DNA of 54,637 bases, taken from contig CAZAMT010000002.1 in assembly GCA_964486145.1 (NCBI GenBank), forward strand, positions 1-54,637, read 5' to 3'. This document shows, in pieces, positions 16,849-27,144 of this stretch; position 1 is the stretch's first letter, and every line of letters begins with the position of its first letter. The translations under genes and the position numbers were made by a program. The DNA comes from an uncultured Bacteroidales bacterium (lineage in GTDB: Bacteria; Bacteroidota; Bacteroidia; Bacteroidales; JAAAOM01). The notes under the pieces are model-generated. The model searched no databases. It was not told the DNA's origin and saw only the letters and a program-made list of their open reading frames with translations.

Positions 16849-17898
16849 ATGGAAAAACAAATACAACAGTTTGCAAGCGACAATTATTCGGGAATGTGTC
16901 CTGAAGCTTTCGATTATTTTGTAAAGGCAAATGAAGGGCATGTTTTTTCTTATGGAGATGATTATTGGACCGACAAGGCTTCGGACATGTTTCGAACTTT
17001 ATTCGGGACAGATTGTGAAGTGTTTTTTGTTTTTAACGGAACTGCGGCAAATTCCTTATCTCTGGCGTCACTCTGTCAATCATATCACAGCATCATATCT
17101 CATGAACTGGCGCATATTGAAACAGACGAATGTGGTGCTCCGGAATTCTACTCCAACGGTGCAAAAATTTTACTGGCAACCGGAGATAACGGAAAATTAA
17201 CAATCCCTGAAATTGAAAAACTTTTGTTCAAGCGAACAGATATCCATTATCCAAAACCCCGTGTTGTAAGTCTGACGCAAGCCACCGAAGTTGGTACTGT
17301 TTATTCAGTAAATGAATTACATAAAATATCAGCATATTGTCGTGACCATCAACTCCGAATCCACATGGACGGTGCCAGGTTTTCAAATGCTGTAGCAGGA
17401 CTGAACATACATCCATCGGAGATTACCTGGAAAGCAGGTGTTGATGTATTGTGCTTTGGTGGTATTAAAAACGGACTTGCAAACGGAGAAGCTGTTGTAT
17501 TTTTTAATAAAGATTTGGCCTATGAATTTGATTATCGCTGCAAGCAGGCAGGCCAACTGGCACCAAAAATGCGATTTTTAGCAGCTCCCTGGATCGGACT
17601 CCTCGAAAATGATACCTGGCTAAAATATGCCAGGCATGCCAATCATTGTGCAGCTTTGCTTGAATCTGAAATCAGCACCATTGAAGAAATAAAAATGATG
17701 TTTCCGAGGCAGGCCAACTCTGTATTTCTTTTACTTCCTGAAAATGTAAAAGACCACCTGGTTAAAAAAGGTTGGCATTTTTATACGTTTATCGGATTGG
17801 GCGGTGCAAGATTTATGTGTACCTGGGACACAAAAGAAGAAAGCATTAAAAAACTTTCACATGATCTCAAAGAAGGTTTTATAAAAAAACCAAAATGA
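16849..17898 (+). CDS. ltaE: Low-specificity L-threonine aldolase (beta-eliminating lyase family, PLP-dependent)
   Basis: 349 aa with FASDNYSG, NGTAANSL and a putative PLP-Lys region (CFGGIKNG). Confidence 0.8.
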   Translation: MEKQIQQFASDNYSGMCPEAFDYFVKANEGHVFSYGDDYWTDKASDMFRTLFGTDCEVFFVFNGTAANSLSLASLCQSYHSIISHELAHIETDECGAPEFYSNGAKILLATGDNGKLTIPEIEKLLFKRTDIHYPKPRVVSLTQATEVGTVYSVNELHKISAYCRDHQLRIHMDGARFSNAVAGLNIHPSEITWKAGVDVLCFGGIKNGLANGEAVVFFNKDLAYEFDYRCKQAGQLAPKMRFLAAPWIGLLENDTWLKYARHANHCAALLESEISTIEEIKMMFPRQANSVFLLLPENVKDHLVKKGWHFYTFIGLGGARFMCTWDTKEESIKKLSHDLKEGFIKKPK

Positions 17899-17923
17899 TG
17901 TATACGGAGGTCAAATTTCCCGT

Positions 17924-19369
17924 TTAAAGCTCTTTCCGCAACCTGGCCACCGGAATATTTAGTTGTTCACGGTATTTGGCTACGGTTCTGCGGGCAATCT
18001 GGTAGCCCTTTTCCTGCAAAATTGCGGCGAGTTTATCATCGGTTAGTGGTTTGCGTTTTTCCTCATTCTCAATACAGTCTTGAAGAATTTTCTTAATCTC
18101 CCGGGTCGAAACTTCTTCACCACCTTCGGTTTGCAGCCCTTCCGAGAAAAAGTATTTCAAAGGATAAATGCCAAAATGGGTTTGTATATACTTACTGTTT
18201 GCCACTCTTGAAATGGTTGATATATCAAGGCCGGTAACATCCGCGATATCTTTGAGTATCATCGGGCGCAGTTTGGTTTCATCGCCTTCTTCAAAATACT
18301 CTTTCTGGTAATCCAAAATAGCGTTCATGGTCATTAACAGTGTGTTCTGCCTTTGCCGAATGGCATCAATAAACCATTTTGCTGAGTCGAGTTTGTGTTT
18401 CACGAAACTAACCGCATCCTTCTGATCTTTTGATGAACCCTTTTTATTTCTCGAATAGGCTTCCAGCATATTGGTATAGGTTCGGCTAACTTTTAAATCA
18501 GGAACATTTTGAGAGTTTAATGTCAGTTGAAATTCACCTTCATCGTTTTCCAACAGAAAATCCGGAATTATATGTTCGGCACTTCGATTGTATTGATCGC
18601 TGTATGTACTCCCGGGTTTAGGATTCAAATGAACGATCTCTACCATCGCTTCCTTCAGTTCTTCCTCTGTTATGTTCAGGCGATTTATGATTTTATCATA
18701 ATGTTTTTTGGTAAATTCCTGAAAATAATATTTCAATATTTGTTTTGCCAGCCGTATTTCTTTAATATTCTGATCCTTCTTATCAATTTGTAATAACAAA
18801 CATTCCTGAAGGTCCCTGGCTCCCACTCCCACCGGTTCAAGGTCCTGAATGATCCTGAGCACATCAAGTAATTCCTCTTCGGTTGCACTAATGTTTTGAG
18901 AAAATGCCAGATCATCAACAATAGCTTCCAGTTTTCGGCGTAGATATCCATCATCATCGATATTTCCAATGATGTACTCAGCCAGGGTGTACTGCTTTTC
19001 ATCGAGGTTCCGCAGGCTTAACTGAGATTCGAGTTGATCACTGAATGAAGCTCCGATGGAAAATGGTATATCCTCACGTTTATCGTCCTTTGAATAGTTT
19101 CTGGTATTAAGTTTGTATGTCGGGACATCTTCATCATTCAGGTAATCATCCAAAGAGAATTCATCCTGCTCCTGGTCCTGATTTCTTTCTTCCTCCTCAT
19201 ACCGGTCGCCTTCTTCTTCATTACCTAGTTCAAGCACCGGATTTTCCTCCAATTCCTTTTTAATTCGTTGTTCGAGTTGAATGGTAGGAATTTCCAGCAG
19301 CTTAATCATTTGGATTTGCTGTGGAGAAAGCTTTTGTAATAATTTTTGTTGTAATCGTTGTTTTAACAT
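17924..19369 (-). CDS. rpoN: RNA polymerase sigma-54 factor
   Basis: The start was taken at MLKQRLQQKLLQKLSPQQIQ (cat at 19367-19369). The C-terminal RpoN box ARRTVAKYR is present. Confidence 0.92.
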   Translation of the reverse strand: MLKQRLQQKLLQKLSPQQIQMIKLLEIPTIQLEQRIKKELEENPVLELGNEEEGDRYEEEERNQDQEQDEFSLDDYLNDEDVPTYKLNTRNYSKDDKREDIPFSIGASFSDQLESQLSLRNLDEKQYTLAEYIIGNIDDDGYLRRKLEAIVDDLAFSQNISATEEELLDVLRIIQDLEPVGVGARDLQECLLLQIDKKDQNIKEIRLAKQILKYYFQEFTKKHYDKIINRLNITEEELKEAMVEIVHLNPKPGSTYSDQYNRSAEHIIPDFLLENDEGEFQLTLNSQNVPDLKVSRTYTNMLEAYSRNKKGSSKDQKDAVSFVKHKLDSAKWFIDAIRQRQNTLLMTMNAILDYQKEYFEEGDETKLRPMILKDIADVTGLDISTISRVANSKYIQTHFGIYPLKYFFSEGLQTEGGEEVSTREIKKILQDCIENEEKRKPLTDDKLAAILQEKGYQIARRTVAKYREQLNIPVARLRKEL

Positions 19370-19454
19370 ATACAATTCCAGATACAAATCATTTTCTATG
19401 TGAATTTAAATATACCATTTTTACTTATAATATAACTAAGAATGGCAAAATTTG

Positions 19455-20852
19455 TTAAAACTCTGCATTTTTTGGTGTCCGCGGAAATGGTATAACATCC
19501 CGGATATTTGCCATTCCTGTAACAAATAAGACCAATCGTTCAAAACCCAGTCCAAATCCGCTGTGTGGCGCTGTTCCGTACTTTCGTGTCTCAAGATACC
19601 ACCATAGATCTGTTTTCGGGATATTGAGTTCCTCGATTCGGTTTTCAAGTTTCTGATAATTCTCCTCACGCTGCGAGCCGCCGATGATTTCGCCGATTTT
19701 CGGGAAAAGAACATCCATTGCCCTTACGGTTTTATCATCATCATTCTGCTTCATGTAAAAAGCCTTAATTTCTTTCGGATAATCGGTAAGAATAACCGGC
19801 TTCTTAAAATGCTTTTCAACCAGGTACCTTTCGTGTTCGGCTTGCAAATCGGCACCCCAGCTTACCGGAAACTCAAATTTCTGATCTGCCTTTTCAAGAA
19901 TTTCAACACCCTGGGTATATGACAAGCGAACAAATTTGTTTTCCACTATAAATTTCAACCGATCAATTAACTCTTTGTCATACATTTTATTGAGAAACTC
20001 GAGGTCATCCATGCAATGTTCAAGCGCATAATAAATTAAATACTTCATAAATTCCTCGGCCAGGTCCATATTGTCATGAATATCATAAAATGCCATTTCA
20101 GGTTCTATCATCCAGAACTCTGCCAAATGTCGTGGGGTATTTGAATTCTCAGCTCTGAACGTTGGCCCGAATGTGTAAATTTCCGACAGTGCCATAGCTC
20201 CGAGTTCTCCTTCCAACTGCCCTGAAACCGTAAGATTGGTTTCTTTTCCGAAGAAATCCTGGCTGTAATCGATACCTGCATTTCCGTTTTTTGGAACTCG
20301 ATTTAAATCAAGCGTTGTAACCCTGAACATAGCCCCGGCACCTTCGGCATCTGATCCGGTAATTATGGGAGTGTGTAAATAATAAAATCCTTTATCATTG
20401 TAAAACTTATGAATAGCATACGCCATCGCATGGCGTATTCTGAAAACTGCGCCAAAAGTATTGGTTCTTGGCCTCAGGTGCGCTATATCCCTTAAAAATT
20501 CGAGAGAATGACCTTTTTTTTGCAGTGGATATGTCTCAGGATCCGCGCTTCCATATACTTCAATATCCTTTGCCTGTATTTCCATGGTTTGGTTTTTGCC
20601 CATTGATTTTACAAGTACTCCGGTTACCGAAATACAGGAACCTGTAGTAACATGCTTAAGTTTGTTTTCATCAAACGAAGGTACATCAATGACAACCTGG
20701 ATATTGTGAATAATACTTCCGTCATTTAATGCAACAAAAGAAATGTTTTTATTACCACGGCGGGTTCTTACCCATCCTTTTACGTTTACCATTTGATCAT
20801 AATTCTCTGTTGCTAGTAATTCTTTAATTTTACTTCGTTTAATTTCGCTCAT
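19455..20852 (-). CDS. asnS: Asparagine--tRNA ligase
   Basis: The start was taken at [12 protein letters not shown] (cat at 20850-20852). Class II motifs are present: [19 protein letters not shown] and GFGLGFERL. Confidence 0.93.
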   Translation of the reverse strand: MSEIKRSKIKELLATENYDQMVNVKGWVRTRRGNKNISFVALNDGSIIHNIQVVIDVPSFDENKLKHVTTGSCISVTGVLVKSMGKNQTMEIQAKDIEVYGSADPETYPLQKKGHSLEFLRDIAHLRPRTNTFGAVFRIRHAMAYAIHKFYNDKGFYYLHTPIITGSDAEGAGAMFRVTTLDLNRVPKNGNAGIDYSQDFFGKETNLTVSGQLEGELGAMALSEIYTFGPTFRAENSNTPRHLAEFWMIEPEMAFYDIHDNMDLAEEFMKYLIYYALEHCMDDLEFLNKMYDKELIDRLKFIVENKFVRLSYTQGVEILEKADQKFEFPVSWGADLQAEHERYLVEKHFKKPVILTDYPKEIKAFYMKQNDDDKTVRAMDVLFPKIGEIIGGSQREENYQKLENRIEELNIPKTDLWWYLETRKYGTAPHSGFGLGFERLVLFVTGMANIRDVIPFPRTPKNAEF

Positions 20853-20921
20853 ATTGCCATTTTTAAAATTTGCACAAAAATACAATTTTGGTTTTAATTA
20901 CTTTCGTTGCAATTATAAAAT

Positions 20922-20953
20922 AAAAAACCGGATATCCTTATGATGATATCCGG
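20922..20953 (-). terminator. Rho-independent terminator of glmS
   Basis: A 9-bp stem ccggatatc / gatatccgg with an 8-nt loop. A T run follows on the minus strand (plus-strand A run at 20922-20927). Confidence 0.75.
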
Positions 20954-20976
20954 TCTACTTTTATAATGCTTATGTT

Positions 20977-22812
20977 CTATTCAACAGTCACTGACTTCGC
21001 CAGGTTCCGTGGTTGATCAACGTTACATCCTCTCATAACAGCAATATGGTATGATAATAACTGCAGGGGTATAACAGAAAGTAAGGGAACCAGTGGCTCT
21101 ATGGCTTTTGGAATTTCAATCACATGGTCGGCCATTTTTTCAAGTTCTTTTTCACCTTCGGTAACAATTGCTATAACAACCCCACTGCGAGCCTTCACCT
21201 CCTGAATATTGCTTACGACTTTCTCATAGGACTTATCTTTGGTTGCAATTACCACTACCGGCATGTTTTGGTCAATAAGTGCAATTGGACCATGCTTCAT
21301 TTCAGCAGCCGGATAACCTTCTGCATGTATATATGAAATCTCTTTGAGTTTTAAGGCACCCTCAAGAGCAACCGGGAAAGAATATCCCCTGCCCAGGTAC
21401 AGAAAGTTTGTTACATGTCTGTACAAATCTGCCAATTCTTTGTAGTAAGTATTATTCTGCAGGATGGTTTCAATTTTTGAGGGTATTTCTGTGAGTTCAC
21501 GAATCAATGACAAGTATGTTTTTTCAGCAAGAACTTTACGCTCATAACCTACAATAATTGCCATCATGGCCAAAACAGTTACCTGGGCAGTAAAGGCTTT
21601 GGTTGAAGCTACTCCAATTTCAGGTCCCGCATGTGTATAAACTCCGCCATCGGTTTCCCTTGGAATACTCGAACCAACTACATTACATATGCCTAAAACC
21701 AATGCTCCGGCTTCCTTTGCCATTTTTATGGCCGCGAGAGTATCGGCTGTTTCTCCACTTTGAGATATTGCGATGACAACATCGTCCTTTTTTATAATTG
21801 GGTTCCGGTAACGGAATTCCGATGCATACTCAACTTCCACCGGCATTCTTGCTAAATCTTCAAACAAATATTCGCCAACCAAACCGGCATGCCAGGAGGT
21901 TCCGCAACCAATAATTACAATACGCCTGGCATTGATGATTTTTGGCATGACATGGTAAAGCCCGCCAAGTTTCATGCTTTTATTATCTATGGCTACACGC
22001 CCCCGAAAGGTATCAAGTATGGATCGCGGTTGTTCAAATATTTCTTTTAGCATGAAATGATCATACCCATTTTTATCAATTTCACCAATATCCAAATCCA
22101 ATTTATGAATTTTAGGCGTTTGGCTGTCATTTCGAACTGTTTTTAATACCAACTCGTTTTTCTTGATAATGGCAACATCGTCATCGTTGAGATATATAAC
22201 ACTTTTTGTATATTCAACAATGGGAGTAGCATCGGACGCAAGAAAATATTCATTATCACCTACACCAATTACCAGCGGACTGCCTTTCCGGGCAGCAATA
22301 AGCTTATCCGGTTCATCTTTGCACATGATAACCAGACCGTAAGCGCCAATAACTTTGGTAAGTGCCAAACGCACTGCAACCTCAGCAGAAACCTTACCTT
22401 TCAGGTAAATATATTCAATTAAATTGGCAAGCACCTCTGAGTCAGTTTCACTTTTAAACCGAACACCACGATGTTCCAGACGTTCCCGCAGTTTGCCATA
22501 GTTTTCAATGATACCATTGTGTATAATTATAAAATTCCCGAATTCACTTGAATGAGGGTGAGCATTCACGTCGTTTGGTTCGCCATGGGTAGCCCAGCGA
22601 GTATGGCCAATTCCAATGAAACCTTCCATATTCTCACTCTTTACAAATTCTTGAAGATCTGCTACTTTGCCTTTTTTCTTAAAAACTTTTGGAGATCCAT
22701 TGAGTACGGCAACTCCTGCCGAATCGTATCCCCGGTATTCCAGTCTTTTTAATCCGTTTATTAACACAGGAAATGCCTGACGATGTCCGATGTAACCTAC
22801 AATACCACACAT
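20977..22812 (-). CDS. glmS: Glutamine--fructose-6-phosphate aminotransferase (isomerising)
   Basis: 611 aa. The N-terminal nucleophile is MCGIVGY, two SIS domains are present, and the C-terminus is AKSVTVE. Confidence 0.97.
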   Translation of the reverse strand: MCGIVGYIGHRQAFPVLINGLKRLEYRGYDSAGVAVLNGSPKVFKKKGKVADLQEFVKSENMEGFIGIGHTRWATHGEPNDVNAHPHSSEFGNFIIIHNGIIENYGKLRERLEHRGVRFKSETDSEVLANLIEYIYLKGKVSAEVAVRLALTKVIGAYGLVIMCKDEPDKLIAARKGSPLVIGVGDNEYFLASDATPIVEYTKSVIYLNDDDVAIIKKNELVLKTVRNDSQTPKIHKLDLDIGEIDKNGYDHFMLKEIFEQPRSILDTFRGRVAIDNKSMKLGGLYHVMPKIINARRIVIIGCGTSWHAGLVGEYLFEDLARMPVEVEYASEFRYRNPIIKKDDVVIAISQSGETADTLAAIKMAKEAGALVLGICNVVGSSIPRETDGGVYTHAGPEIGVASTKAFTAQVTVLAMMAIIVGYERKVLAEKTYLSLIRELTEIPSKIETILQNNTYYKELADLYRHVTNFLYLGRGYSFPVALEGALKLKEISYIHAEGYPAAEMKHGPIALIDQNMPVVVIATKDKSYEKVVSNIQEVKARSGVVIAIVTEGEKELEKMADHVIEIPKAIEPLVPLLSVIPLQLLSYHIAVMRGCNVDQPRNLAKSVTVE

Positions 22813-22950
22813 AATAATGTATTAATTATATATAAACGTTTGTTTTAGTGACTATAAAAGTCTATTCTGGTGCAAGTTTAGAAAATATACTCTTAAAAAG
22901 CTGAAAAGTTTGATAAATACTTATCTAATAACGACCAGTATTTAAAAAAA

Positions 22951-24318
22951 TTACAATTTTGTATAGATTATACTTAATTTTACAGGGGTTGAGTTGCTTG
23001 TACCTGCCAAAACCACACGTTCAGGTAAAATATAATTTTCGGTTAATCTGGAGAAATTATTAATCTCCTCGATATATACCGGATAAATGATAATGTCCTG
23101 GTTTTCTGCCCCATCGGCAACGGCCTGAACATGTTTGGTAATATTAAACGTGTATTTATCCTGGCTAAGCGCACCCATGAAATAATCAAATGAGAACGTT
23201 TGCAAATCTTCGATAAGTTCCTCTTCACCATCCGGGTGAACCACTTTCATTCCTAATCGAAAAGGTGGAACCAGAAAATCAGAAGTTTTATCAAAATCTT
23301 CCAAATTTACTGTTAACAAAGCTGAATTGACAGCAATTTCGCCAGGCTCTGTCCAGTTATCAAGTTCAGGTATGTGAATCCGTACCTGCGTACCTGCCAT
23401 TGCCTGCAAATAAACCACAGAATCAATAATATCAGTATGTAGATTACTGTAAAAATCCGATTTAGAATAATCATGTTCATACATATTGAAGAACAAATCT
23501 TCGTCCCGTTCAAAAGTGTATGTTACCTGCTCATTTACGATAGAATCATTTTCTGTAAAATGATAAAATAACTGTATAAATGATGGTACTTGTCTTCCCT
23601 GATCAAAGCTGTTGAATGCATACAGGTTAAACAATGCAATTGCTCCATTACCTTCCAGGGGTTGTGTTCGAAACAATAAGCCTTTAAATTTTTCTTTGAA
23701 AGCAACAATGCTGTTATACGTTGTATCATTCTCATCCAAGGCAGGTGTTAGAAGCATGTTAGCGAATGACTGGTCAAAATAAAATTTAATTTGCGCTTGA
23801 TTTAGTTGCAACTTGTTTGAACCTATTTTTTTTATGTCTGTGAAGTTTGCCGGGTCATAGTTCGAATAATGAAGACTGTCTTCGGGAAATTCGTTATTGA
23901 TAAGGTAGGCATCCATTTGAACCAAAGAGGAAACATCGCCATAAACCCCATTTTCTAAAATCCGGATATACATAATTGCAGAATCTGCCACAAGATTATC
24001 ACCTTTAATGGTATCAGAAGCGCTGAAGCCAAATTCAGTGGCAAATTCAGCTTTGGTTGAGCCGAAAATAGGGTCGTTATAATACCCGAAAGGTGAATAT
24101 TTTGGCTGGCCTGTTTCGATGCCCGGACTCCTTTCAGTGTAAGCATATATTGATAGGGTATCAAAGCTATTCACATTCAACGTATCGGATGCAGGCAGGA
24201 TACCTAAACCCAGCCTTGACGTATCGTCATCGCACGATGTGAAATAAAACCCGGTAAAAAATATGAAAATAATAAACAATAAAAACTGATCCTGGCGTCG
24301 AAAATTTTTTTTAATCAT
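22951..24318 (-). CDS. DUF4270 family lipoprotein
   Basis: 455 aa with lipobox FYFTSC. It sits downstream of, and overlaps by 8 nt (ATGATTAA), the short glycogen-synthase-like gene. That pairing is typical of Bacteroidota. The family name comes from memory. Confidence 0.65.
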   Translation of the reverse strand: MIKKNFRRQDQFLLFIIFIFFTGFYFTSCDDDTSRLGLGILPASDTLNVNSFDTLSIYAYTERSPGIETGQPKYSPFGYYNDPIFGSTKAEFATEFGFSASDTIKGDNLVADSAIMYIRILENGVYGDVSSLVQMDAYLINNEFPEDSLHYSNYDPANFTDIKKIGSNKLQLNQAQIKFYFDQSFANMLLTPALDENDTTYNSIVAFKEKFKGLLFRTQPLEGNGAIALFNLYAFNSFDQGRQVPSFIQLFYHFTENDSIVNEQVTYTFERDEDLFFNMYEHDYSKSDFYSNLHTDIIDSVVYLQAMAGTQVRIHIPELDNWTEPGEIAVNSALLTVNLEDFDKTSDFLVPPFRLGMKVVHPDGEEELIEDLQTFSFDYFMGALSQDKYTFNITKHVQAVADGAENQDIIIYPVYIEEINNFSRLTENYILPERVVLAGTSNSTPVKLSIIYTKL

Positions 24319-25138
24319 TAATTTCTACACTTAATATTTTGTCGTAAAACCCGGAGTAAGCATCCACATATGTCTCTTGTGTTTGATATTCCAAAGCGGG
24401 AATACCACTTTTTATTACATAATCGGAAACGTTACTATTTGCTTTTTCGCTACCAAATATAATGCCATCGGAATAGTTTATTGCAAGTTTTGACAATTCC
24501 GGGTAATCAATTGATTTGTTTATCCGGGCTAAATCATTATCCTCAATGCCATCAACCCATACTTTCTTTTTGAATGCTTCTCCATCAAAAACGTTGGTAA
24601 ACTCATCATCATAAATGGAATATACAACCTTCGAATTCATAAATAAAGGTTCATCTTTGAAATGTTTTTTTATAAATAAGGGAACAAGCGAAGTAAACCA
24701 ACCGTGGCAGTGTATTAAATCAGGTGACCATCGCAATTTTTTAACTGTTTCGAGAACACCCCTGGCAAAAAAAATGGCTCTCTCATCATTATCTTCGTAG
24801 TAATTTTTCTCATCATTTGTCAACACATTCTTTCTGAAAAAATACTCTTCGTTATCAATAAAATATACCTGCATTCGTGCAGCCTGGATTGATGCAACTT
24901 TGATAATTAAAGGATGATCCGTATCATCTATTATCAAATTCATGCCAGACAACCGGATGACTTCATGTAACTGATTTCTGCGTTCATTTATACATCCATA
25001 CCTTGGCATAAATGTCCTTATTTCTTTACCCTTTTCCTGGATACCCTGAGGCAGGTTTCTTCCAATTAACGACATTTCTGTTTCCGGTAAGTAAGGTGTG
25101 ATTTCTTGTGAAATGAACAATACTTTTACACTTTCCAT
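24311..25138 (-). CDS. Short glycogen/starch-synthase-like protein (GT5 N-terminal Rossmann domain only)
   Basis: The start was taken at MESVKVLFISQEITPY (cat at 25136-25138). It shows KVLFISQEITPY, DNDERAIFF and PDLIHCHGW. No C-terminal catalytic half is present (about 275 aa in total). Confidence 0.7.
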   Translation of the reverse strand: MESVKVLFISQEITPYLPETEMSLIGRNLPQGIQEKGKEIRTFMPRYGCINERRNQLHEVIRLSGMNLIIDDTDHPLIIKVASIQAARMQVYFIDNEEYFFRKNVLTNDEKNYYEDNDERAIFFARGVLETVKKLRWSPDLIHCHGWFTSLVPLFIKKHFKDEPLFMNSKVVYSIYDDEFTNVFDGEAFKKKVWVDGIEDNDLARINKSIDYPELSKLAINYSDGIIFGSEKANSNVSDYVIKSGIPALEYQTQETYVDAYSGFYDKILSVEIND

Positions 25139-25322
25139 CGATTCACTTGTTTTTTGCCAAAATATCCGCAAAGTTATTAAAAATAATTGATTATTTAAGG
25201 AAATATCGGAAAGCAGGTGTTTCATGTTTTCTATAATTGCCTTTTGAAACTTTTTTTTCCAATAATATGGCCTTCATTTAAAACAACTAACGGAAAGATC
25301 TTTCGAATTCTGAACGGATCAT

Positions 25323-25330
25323 TATATTTG
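25323..25330 (+). promoter_or_regulatory. Bacteroidota -7 promoter box (TAnnTTTG) upstream of panC
   Basis: tatatttg lies 20 nt upstream of the ATG at 25350. Confidence 0.4.
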
Positions 25331-25349
25331 TAGAAATTTATTTCGGATA

Positions 25350-26195
25350 ATGATTAAAGTCTATACCAGGCATGGTTGCAACCAACTGCTCACAGAGATT
25401 CGCAATCAGGGTAAAAAAATTGGCTTTGTTCCAACCATGGGAGCATTACATCAAGGACATCTTTCCTTGATTGATGCTTCAAAGCAACAGACAGATTTTA
25501 CAATGGCAAGTATTTTTGTAAATCCCGAGCAATTCAATGACAAACACGATTACGAAAAATATCCCCGTGTTATAGACGACGATTTACAAAAACTGGAAAA
25601 CACCGGCTGCGATGGTGTTTTTATTCCATCATACGATGAGATTTACAGCGGTGAAGAATTAACCGGTTACGGTTTGGAAAACCTTGAATCAATTATGGAA
25701 GGTGCATATCGACCGGGTCATTTTCAAGGGGTTGCTATGGTGGTAGACAGGCTTTTTAACATAATTCAACCTTCGGTTGCTTATTTTGGAGAAAAAGATT
25801 TTCAACAATTACAGGTTATAAAACATATCGTAAATACATTAAACCATGATGTAAAAATAGTTGCATGTCCTATCATAAGAGAAAACGATGGGCTTGCCAT
25901 GAGCTCAAGAAACCTCCATTTATCAAAAGAACAACGAAAAGTTGCCCCTGAAATTTACAAGGCTTTAATAAAGGCCGAACAAAATGCAGACAAATTAACT
26001 ATTCCTGAGTTGAAAAATCTTGTCGTAAATCAGGTAAACCAAAACCCACTGCTACATGTTGAGTATTTTGAAATTGTGAATGAAGATAATATGCAAATAA
26101 TGCAGCAATGGAAGGAAGGAAAAAACATGAGAGGATGCATTGCCGTAGTTACCGGAGACATCCGACTGATAGATAATATTAAAATTTCTTCATAA
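25350..26195 (+). CDS. panC: Pantoate--beta-alanine ligase
   Basis: 281 aa with PTMGALHQGHLSLI, FGEKDFQQ and MSSRN. Confidence 0.95.
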   Translation: MIKVYTRHGCNQLLTEIRNQGKKIGFVPTMGALHQGHLSLIDASKQQTDFTMASIFVNPEQFNDKHDYEKYPRVIDDDLQKLENTGCDGVFIPSYDEIYSGEELTGYGLENLESIMEGAYRPGHFQGVAMVVDRLFNIIQPSVAYFGEKDFQQLQVIKHIVNTLNHDVKIVACPIIRENDGLAMSSRNLHLSKEQRKVAPEIYKALIKAEQNADKLTIPELKNLVVNQVNQNPLLHVEYFEIVNEDNMQIMQQWKEGKNMRGCIAVVTGDIRLIDNIKISS

Positions 26196-26207
26196 CTTTG
26201 TGATATC

Positions 26208-26561
26208 ATGAATGTTGAAGTTGTAAAATCAAAATTACATAAGGTTACCGTTACCGAAGCCAATCTGCACTATGTTGGGAGTATCACCATTGATGAAGAT
26301 TTAATGGATGCCGCCAATATGATAGAAAACGAAAAGGTGCAAATAGTAAATATCAACAACGGTGAACGACTGGAAACCTATATTATAAAAGGTCAAAGAG
26401 GTTCCGGTGAAATATGCCTGAATGGGCCGGCAGCGCGAAAGGTAGCCATCGGGGATGTCATCATCATTATTTCTTATGGTTCAATGGATTTTGAAGAAGC
26501 CAAAAACTTTAAACCTACCATTGTATTCCCGGACACCTCGACCAACAAACTCGTTTCATAA
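26208..26561 (+). CDS. panD: Aspartate 1-decarboxylase (pyruvoyl-dependent)
   Basis: 117 aa with [23 protein letters not shown], which contains the Gly-Ser self-cleavage site. Confidence 0.95.
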   Translation: MNVEVVKSKLHKVTVTEANLHYVGSITIDEDLMDAANMIENEKVQIVNINNGERLETYIIKGQRGSGEICLNGPAARKVAIGDVIIIISYGSMDFEEAKNFKPTIVFPDTSTNKLVS

Positions 26562-26567
26562 AACCAT

Positions 26568-26602
26568 TGCAAATTTTAGCCGGATTTTATGCAAATTTTA
26601 GC
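26568..26602 (+). repeat. 13-nt direct repeat tgcaaattttagc x2 (22-nt period) in the panD-rfaE2 intergenic region
   Basis: Read directly: 26568-26580 is identical to 26590-26602. Confidence 0.9.
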
Positions 26603-26639
26603 TCATTTGATATCTTTTTATTCTCCAATCGTTTAGCCA

Positions 26640-27137
26640 ATGAAAATAAATGAAATGATCAGTGAAAAATTTTTTCACGATATGTCAGAAATATCGCAAA
26701 AGCTGGCATACTGGCATTTTAAAAATAAAAAAATTGTATTTACAAATGGTTGTTTTGACATTGTTCACAAAGGTCATATTGATTATCTGGCCAAGTCTGC
26801 AGACCAGGGCGATATATTAATTATTGGATTGAATACGGATGCATCGGTGAAAGTGCTTAAAGGTGAAAACAGGCCTATAATCGATCAAAATTCGAGAGGT
26901 CTGTTGCTGGCTTCCCTATTATTTGTTGATGCCGTAGTTCTTTTCAAGGAACAAACACCGGAAAAAATCATTGAATTTATTAAACCTGACATTCTGATTA
27001 AAGGAAGTGATTACCATCCCGAAGATATTGTTGGCTATGAGTTTGTCAAAAAAAATAATGGAAATGTTGTAACCATTGATTTTCTTGAAGGATATTCAAC
27101 AAGTAAAATCATTCAGAAAATAGTTGCTTCGCAATAA
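26640..27137 (+). CDS. rfaE2: D-glycero-beta-D-manno-heptose 1-phosphate adenylyltransferase (RfaE domain II, cytidylyltransferase fold)
   Basis: 165 aa with [17 protein letters not shown] and the IGLNTDASV...RPI pattern. Confidence 0.8.
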   Translation: MKINEMISEKFFHDMSEISQKLAYWHFKNKKIVFTNGCFDIVHKGHIDYLAKSADQGDILIIGLNTDASVKVLKGENRPIIDQNSRGLLLASLLFVDAVVLFKEQTPEKIIEFIKPDILIKGSDYHPEDIVGYEFVKKNNGNVVTIDFLEGYSTSKIIQKIVASQ

Positions 27138-27144
27138 ACAGAGC

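Noticed and set aside
22813-22950. A glmS ribozyme upstream of glmS.
   Set aside because: This element is characteristic of Gram-positive bacteria. The 138-nt AT-rich upstream region shows no pseudoknotted GC-rich core.
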